64,000 nt of DNA. It comes from the human T2T-CHM13v2.0 reference genome, Homo sapiens. Below the pieces are notes generated by a model, which was not told the origin of the DNA, did not search any database, and saw nothing but the letters and a program-made list of their open reading frames with translations. Below are positions 55,932 through 64,000 of this stretch, piece after piece. A program made the position numbers and the translations under genes. The stretch lies in the NCBI RefSeq assembly GCF_009914755.1, contig NC_060926.1. The stretch is one strand, 5' to 3'. How positions within the stretch are numbered: the stretch's first letter is position 1; each line of letters starts with the position of its first letter.

Positions 55932-58339
55932 GAGTCTTTAGGTGACATCACTAATAATCTTCTTTAGGAAAAGAAGATAATTCCACCAGTTGGGATTAGC
56001 AGACATCTGTACTCCACACAGCTATCGAGAATCGAGAAAGATGTTTGGCCAGTGCTGATCACAGATCTCCAGCTATTATTATTGCTAGTTACCTAGAAAA
56101 ACTATCCACAATTCATTCAAATTGGTCCTGATTGTAAAATTGCTTTAAATTAAGGGTTGGACATCTTTCTCATAAGCCTATATTAAGAACTATTCTGATT
56201 AGAATGATATTTCCTCTCTGAGGACATCTTACATCCTCAGATAAGGACCTATGCTAATTCAATGTTACATACACAGTGCATGATGTAAAAAATTGGGGGG
56301 AACTATATTAGTGAGGTTGATGACAAGTGTCCTTCATTGAAAAGCAAAGAATTAACGGTCCACTGAAAAGTTAATATACAAAACCAAGGGCATATAGCAG
56401 TGCTTGTGCAGTGAATCCTCTGTCCTTCCCATACCCTTCGTAAAAGCTTTGTCTGAACTCTAGCACAAAGTAGACGATAAACTGGAAAGAAGTTCACAAA
56501 GCTTAACTAGCTGCACAACCTTGACCAAGTCATCAAGTCAGTTTACCTCCTTTGATCTCAGTCCCCTAAACAGAGAGAAAAAACAACACTGTCAAAATGA
56601 TAATCTATAAGCTTCCTTCATCCTTAATATGGTTCTTATTTCAAAGTGATTCTATTTCAGATAGCATTTATTTTAAGTTTTTAAAAATTGTGAAGAGCTT
56701 GTACCACTTGGAGGGGCAATATTTCAGTGCCTTTAAGTCAACGTTGACACCATTGCTATGAGGATTAACGTTAAATTAATACAGAAGAAAGCATTTTCAA
56801 ATGTGTAAAGTTTGTATAAATACTAAGGAATTTTTGCCCAAATTTTACCTGTTTCTAATTAGATAAATTTCTTAAAGAATCATAAAGTAGAGAAAAGTCC
56901 AAGAAATGTACATTCTGGAGTATGCTTTTCATCTAATTCATAGATATTTTATGTTATAGATCTGAATGCAATATGACCCAAGATGCAAGTACAGTGTCAA
57001 AAATTTTTCAGTCACACACCTCACAATATTACAATTAAATAAATATACCAGTTACTCATTAAATTCATCTCAAGTAACAGATTAAATATATATTGCAGAA
57101 AATCATAAATATACCACAATTTTCAACTTTGACATTTTCTGCTTATTATTGCTTTGACACAGATGAAACCAAGAGAAGTCAAAAAAATGGACAAGGAAGG
57201 TCAAAAGTACTATGTGGATGGACTCTAAATATAAAGTGTTGACAGTGGGATAGTTTAGACAAGGAAAGACAATGATATCTACTACTTAAGCTTTTTGAAG
57301 TTTGGTTTTGTAGAGGGAATTTTAAACTCTATCCTGTCTTCCCAGGGTATACTGCCTAGTCAACTTCCTTTGCCCTTTCATTGGTGTGGAATAACATGGA
57401 GGCACCATTTATTGCTGCTTACTTGCCAGAGCACAGGAACTATTATCTTCCATGTATGCAATTTCCGTTGGAAGATGAGTCAGTAGAAGCTGGTATTAGA
57501 GAATTTCTGTGATACCTTGAATTTCTCACCACAGGCTCAGGAAATCACAGTCTTAAAGTTAACTATAAAACTTATGTTAGAGGCAACACTATAGCTGGCT
57601 ATAGGAAAGTGTTTCACCTTTAAAAGAATAATTTCCTCATTCTTGATTTACTTGTATAATACATAATAAAAGCCCAAGCTTACTTATTATAATTCATTTT
57701 GCTTTGAGTATCCTATAATCATTACCTAGAAGCATCTCCACGGTATCACAGAAAAAGTTCTGGAAGTTACAGGTCTTGGAAAATAAGCACAAAACTTAAA
57801 ATATTTATGGAACCAAGTGGGAAGGAACCTTTGAGCATCATTATATTCTATATTTCTTAATATATATCTGTGCCTTTGCTAAAATAAATTAGGAGTATTC
57901 TGAGGCACAGTAGTCTTTCCTCATTTATTTACAAACCCCTTTTGCTGATTTATAGTGAGAAAACATCTAACATGTACTCTTCTTTCATATGGTGTACAAG
58001 GAGATACAAAGGAGTTGCTGCCGCATGTGAAATGAGTGTCTAATGCCTAAATTTCCTTCAAATATTGACGCATTTGATTCGTCTCAATACAGAGGCATAG
58101 TTACTTTGCAAGGAATTATAAAGTATCTCAAAGCTTCAAGATTTGTAATCTAATTAAAAATACAAGAGATTGTTTCCAATGTCAGGCAAGAGAGTGCTTT
58201 CTTGTCTTTTGTGAAAAGACAATTGGAGAGAGAAAATTAATGATGCAAATATCCTCCAAGACATAATCCCTGCATATAGGATCTTTTATGGACTCGACCC
58301 TCATACAAGTTCCTTGATGAAAGTGAGGGTGAAACTTAT

Positions 58340-59000
58340 TTGGTAAGATATATGTTTTAAGGAGGCCATTTCTAGCTGCTTTATGGAGAATGGATTCAGA
58401 ACTGGGCATGGAGTGGAGGTAAGAAAATCTACTAGGAGGAAATCATACTTGACTGATAACGGTCCATCCATGATGACTTTGATTAGGGTAGTGGCAATAG
58501 AGATGAAGAAAATTGTTAGAATTAAGAGATATTTTAGAGGTAGAAATAGTAGAACTTGTGTATGTAATATACAAAATGATAAAAGGGGAAGGATTCTCAG
58601 ATTTAGGGTTTGAGAAATTTGGAAGATGATGATCTATTTTATTGTCTGAGTAGTAGTACTAGGAGATGATGGGTGAGTTTATGGAGACAAGGCATGAGCT
58701 TGAGAGGCTTGCTATAACATCCAGATCTCAGAAGGGAAGCCTGAGATGAAGACACACATCAGGGAATGGCCAGCATACGTGGGCACACTTTGAGCCTAGG
58801 AATAAATACAGAGTACATGTAGAGATGAGAACAAGGGAAGCAACAAACCACGGGAACTCCTGAATGTAGGTGCTGGGTACAGGAAAAGGATCTGGCAAAG
58901 GAGGCTTCGAAGGAGAATCTTGTGAGTTAGAAAGAAAACCAGGAATGTGATGAAAGGAGAAGTGAGTAGTCAACCATATTCAAGGTATTACTCAGTGAGG
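58340..59000 (-). mobile_element. L2 fragment
   Basis: GATTAGGGTAGTGGCAATAGAGATGAAG...GAGATATTTTAGAGGTAGAA. Confidence 0.7.
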
Positions 59001-59426
59001 AAAGTCTGGGTGATAAATACCTATAACCGATGTACCTTGCCAGTAAAGGGTTGCATCACATACTTCCATAGACAAGAAAGAATGAATAGAAGCAAAATGA
59101 TATCTGTCCTGCCCACCATGAACACATGACATTAGGGGTCATTCCTGTAGGGTCACTTTGGAAGTGGAAAGAAATGAAATTAATTTACTAGCAGCTTTTA
59201 TGAACCTAACCTATTTTTCAATGTGTTAGCATTTCTAAATTGCATAGTACTTTCATATGTTAAAAGTTACCTTATTAGTATTTTTAAGAGCAGAATTTTC
59301 TAATTTCTTGGGCACTTTTAAAACGTTTATTTTCTCATCAAACCATAGCTTAGACTTCAAGTTCTACCAAGATGGAGTAACCCTATTTCTTTTAGGTCCT
59401 TCCTCTACTAAAAATTGTGGACATAT

Positions 59427-59950
<524 letters not shown>

Positions 59951-61991
59951 CTAACAACAGAAACCCTTTTTGGCAATATCTGCCCTACTGCAGCCGAAAA
60001 CCCAAAGAAAAACCATACCCTTCCCCCCTGGTTTTAGCAGGACTCAGCAGGAAGTAATCTTCCTCCCTATCCACTGGACAAAGTAGGGCACTGAATCCCA
60101 GTGCCCAGTGGTGGTGTGGGTCTGTGTGTGGAGCTGCTCTATCCTGGTTTTAAGAAACAATAGTGCACTGATTCCCCAGAAAAGATAGTATCAGCAGAGT
60201 ATAGTAATGAGCTGAATATCTGCTTCCACCCAGTAGCAGGATTTAATCAGGTGAATTACCACTGGTTTCACTCCCCATCCTCCACTGTCAGCCAGCTTCA
60301 GTGGGAGTTGAGCTTCTGCCCCAAACCTACACCAGCAAAGTGGTGTGGGTAATGATAGCTTCCCGATTCTTGGTAGAAGCAAGACCCAGGGAGAGTTGTT
60401 CTTATATCTCCTTTTGGAGCAAACAGTGTAGCTATTTAGTAGCCTGCATTTACCAGGAAGATGTCAGCAAAGATGAGTAAGGAGCTGAATGCCCACCCTG
60501 TCCATCTAAAGGAAGGCAGTGGAAATCAGTTCTCCAATGGTGCTGGAGTGGTGCTGGCAAGGCAGGGTGGGAAGCTGAGCGTACACGCCTGCTGACTACC
60601 ACACCACACTTCAACAGGGGAGTGCCTGATGAGAAAAGAGTATTAAGTAAGGTCTGGATTCATATAATATAATATTAAATATCTAAAGTGTCCAAATCAC
60701 TTATATATGATAAAGACTAGTATTTAGATTATATAAAAATCTCTCAAACCTCAACAGTAAAAAAATACTATTATCTTGGAAATTCACTCATACTAAGAAT
60801 CATAAAAATTAAAATATGAATGAGATAAGACAATCAGCTGAATCAGATGTTGGGATTATGACAAGGATTTTAATGCAGCCATGATAAAAAAGCTTCAGTA
60901 AGAACCAAAGCCCTGTGTGCTACTGAAGTACTCCTCCTATCTACAAGAACAGAGTGCACATTCTTCTCCAGTACATATGGAACATTCTCTAATAGAGATC
61001 GTAAAACCAGTCTCAAAAAATGTTAAAAGATTGCAGCCATAAAAAAATCTCCAAAGATAATGGAATAAAGATAGAAATAATAACAGTGAGAAAATTGGGA
61101 AATTCACAAAAATATGGGAAATGTACAACAGAATATTAAACAACCAATACATCACAGAAGAAATCACAAGGGAAATTATAAAATACTTTGAGATGAGTGA
61201 AAGAAAGAGAATATACTGAAATTAATAAGATGCAGTGAAAGCATTGCTCAGAAGGTAATTTATAAATGTAAATGGTTGCATTTAAAAATATGATACAACT
61301 GATTTTACAGAAATAGAAAGACTATAAGGAATACTATAAGCAAGTATATGCCAGCAAATTTGATAATCTTCATGAAATGGATACATTCCCAGAAACATAC
61401 AACCTACCAAGACTGAAATAGAAAATATGAACAGACTTATAAATAAAGTAAGGAGATTGAATCACTCATCAAAAACCTCCCAACAAAGAAAAGCCCAGAA
61501 CCAGATGGCTTCACTGGTGAATTCTACCAAACACTTAAAAAAGAACTAACAACAATCATCTTCAAACTCTTTCAAAAAATTTAACAAAGAGAGGGCACTG
61601 CCAAACCTATTCTATGAGGACATCATTACTGCAATACTAAAGCCAGACAAAAACATTACAAGAAAAGAAAACTATAGATCAATCTCCCTGATAAATATTG
61701 AAGCAAATATTCTCAACAAAATACTCTCAAATAGAATTCAACGGCACATTGAAAGGATACACCATAAACAAGTGTGATTCATTCCTGAAATGCAATATTT
61801 CAACATATAAATATCAATCAATACAGCACACCAAATTAACAGAATTAGGAGAAAAAAACCACATGATTATCTGAATAGATGCAGGAAAGTCATTAGATAA
61901 TAATCAACATACATTCATGATAAAATCACTCAACAAACTAGGAATATCCGGAAACTACCTAAATATAACAAAGGTCATATGTAAACAGCCC

Positions 61992-62347
61992 TATATTAGT
62001 CTGTACTCACATTGGTATGAAGACATACGTGAGACTGGGTAATTTATAAAGAAAAGAGGTTTGATTGACTCACAGTTCCACATGGCTGGTGAGGCCTCTG
62101 GAAACTGACAATCATGGCGGAAGGCAAGGGGGAAGCAAAGTATATCTTACAGGGTGGCAGGTGAGAGAAAAAGTGTGAAGGGGGAACTGCCAAATACATA
62201 AAACCATCAGATCTCGTGAGAACTCACCATCAGGAGAACAGCAACCACCCCCAGGATAAAATCACTTCCCACCAGGTCCCTTCCTTGACACGTGAAGATT
62301 ACAATTCAAGATGAGATTTGGGTACGGAACAGAGACAAACCATATCA
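61992..62347 (-). mobile_element. THE1D/MSTA-like MaLR solo LTR inserted in L1 ORF2
   Basis: TATATTAGTC...AAACCATATCA; 5-bp TSD AGCCC/AGCTC. Confidence 0.92.
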
Positions 62348-62559
62348 AGCTCACAACTAACATTATACTAAGTGGTATAAGACTAAAATTATCTAAGATC
62401 AGGAAAAAGACAAGGATGCCTGTTTTTACTAGTTCTCACGTGAAGGTTTTACTTAGAGTATTTAGACAAGAAAAAAGACATCCCAATTGGAAAGGGATGA
62501 GTAAAATTATCTCTGTTTGCAGATGACATCATCTTATATGTACAAAACCATAAAGAATT

Positions 62560-62580
62560 CACACACACACACACACACAC
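62560..62580. repeat. (CA)n microsatellite
   Basis: Directly visible. Confidence 0.9.
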
Positions 62581-64000
62581 CTATTAGAACTAATAAACAC
62601 ATTCAGCAAAGTTTTGGGGTAGAAAATCAACATGCAAAAATCAGTTGTGTTTTCCATACAATCAATAGCCAACCAAAAAAGGAAATTAAGAAATTTTAAC
62701 TTACTTCAATTTAAAATAACATCAGCATAAATGAAATACCCAGGAATAAACTTAACCAAGGAGATAAAAGACTTGTAAATAGAAAACAACAAAGTGTTGC
62801 TGAAAGAACTTAAAGATGCTACAAACAAATGAAAATACATGCCCTGTTATAGGCTAGAAGACTTAATATTATTGAAATGTCAGTATTATCCAAAGCAATC
62901 TACAGATGTAATGCAATCTCTATCAATATTCCAACAGCAGTTTTTGCAAAAATAGAAAAATCTGCCCTAAGATTTGTATGGAATCCCAAGGGACCCTAAA
63001 TAGCCAAAACTATCTTTAAAAATGAAAGGAACTAAGTTGGAGGTTTCACATTTCCTGATTTCAAAACTTATTATGAAGGTATGGTCGTCAAAACAGTATG
63101 GTGCTGGCAGAGGCACATAATTATACACATAAAGAAATACACCCTCACATATATAGCCAAATGATTTGCAACAGGTTTGCCAAGACCATCCTGCTGAGAA
63201 AGGACAGTGCCTTTAAGAAATGGGGTTGGGAAGACTGGATATCCACAAAAGAATGAAGGTGAATTTCTCCTACCTTATACCACACTATATCATATACACA
63301 AATTAACTCAAAATGGATCAAAGGCCTAAATTAAAGACCCAAAACTGTAAAACTCCTAAAAGAAAACATAGGGGAAAAGCTGTATGACATTGTACATTAC
63401 AATAATTTATCGTATATGACACCAAAAGAACAGAGAACAAAAGTAAAAATAGAAAAATTGGACTACATCAAAATTAATAACTTCAGTGCAGCAAAGGAAA
63501 TAATCAACAGAGTGAAGAGGCAACCTACAAAATGGGAGAAAATATTTGCAAATATATATTTGACAAGGGATTAATATCCAGAATATATTAATAACTACTA
63601 CAATTCAACAACAACAAAACAAATAATCTTATTTTAAAATGAGCAAAATACTTGAATAGATATTACTACAAAGAGAATATATTATGGCCAATAAGCATGT
63701 AAAAAGATGCTCAATATCACTGATCATTGGGAAACTGCAAATAACAACCAGAATGAGAAACAAGCTCGCACTAATTAGAATGGCCACTACCAAAAAGTGA
63801 CAATGAAGAGAAAATAACAAATGTTGACTAAAATGTGGAGAAATAGAAAAACGTGTACACTGTTAGTGGACATATAAAATGGTGCCACCACATCACTCTA
63901 GAAAATAGGATGGTAGTTACTAAAAAAATTAAGAATAGAATAACTATAAGATCCATCAACCCTACTTCTGGGTATATATCCAAAATAATTCAAAGCAGGC

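Noticed and set aside
60940-64000. Possible retrotransposition-competent L1 ORF2
   Set aside because: Numerous stops and deletions, a THE1 insertion and a CA repeat; no long sense ORF in the track

Overview
Repeat-rich primate genomic DNA, probably human or another ape (inferred from AluY-type and LTR12C copies), from an intergenic or deep intronic region. I find no credible protein-coding exon, RNA gene or CRISPR array. Most of the longer ORFs in the track sit in Alu, LTR12C or microsatellite sequence, and the rest resemble no protein I recognise. The window holds about 14 Alu/FLAM copies, several old L1 and L2 remnants, MIRs, MaLR/ERVL solo LTRs (THE1, MST, MLT1, MLT2, LTR16, LTR33), two same-orientation ERV9 LTR12 solo LTRs, and DNA transposon fossils (full-length Charlie1a with TSD, MER2, MER3, MER33, Tigger4, Arthur1A-like). 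I cannot support a novel biological system. The best leads are a CpG-island LTR12C with a variant TATA-like box, two homeodomain/FOX motif-dense candidate enhancers, a ~150 bp diverged tandem duplication, an Alu with a fold-back 5' end inside an unexplained insertion, and a long TA-rich tract. Family names come from remembered consensus sequences, not a database search. Boundaries without a stated TSD are approximate.
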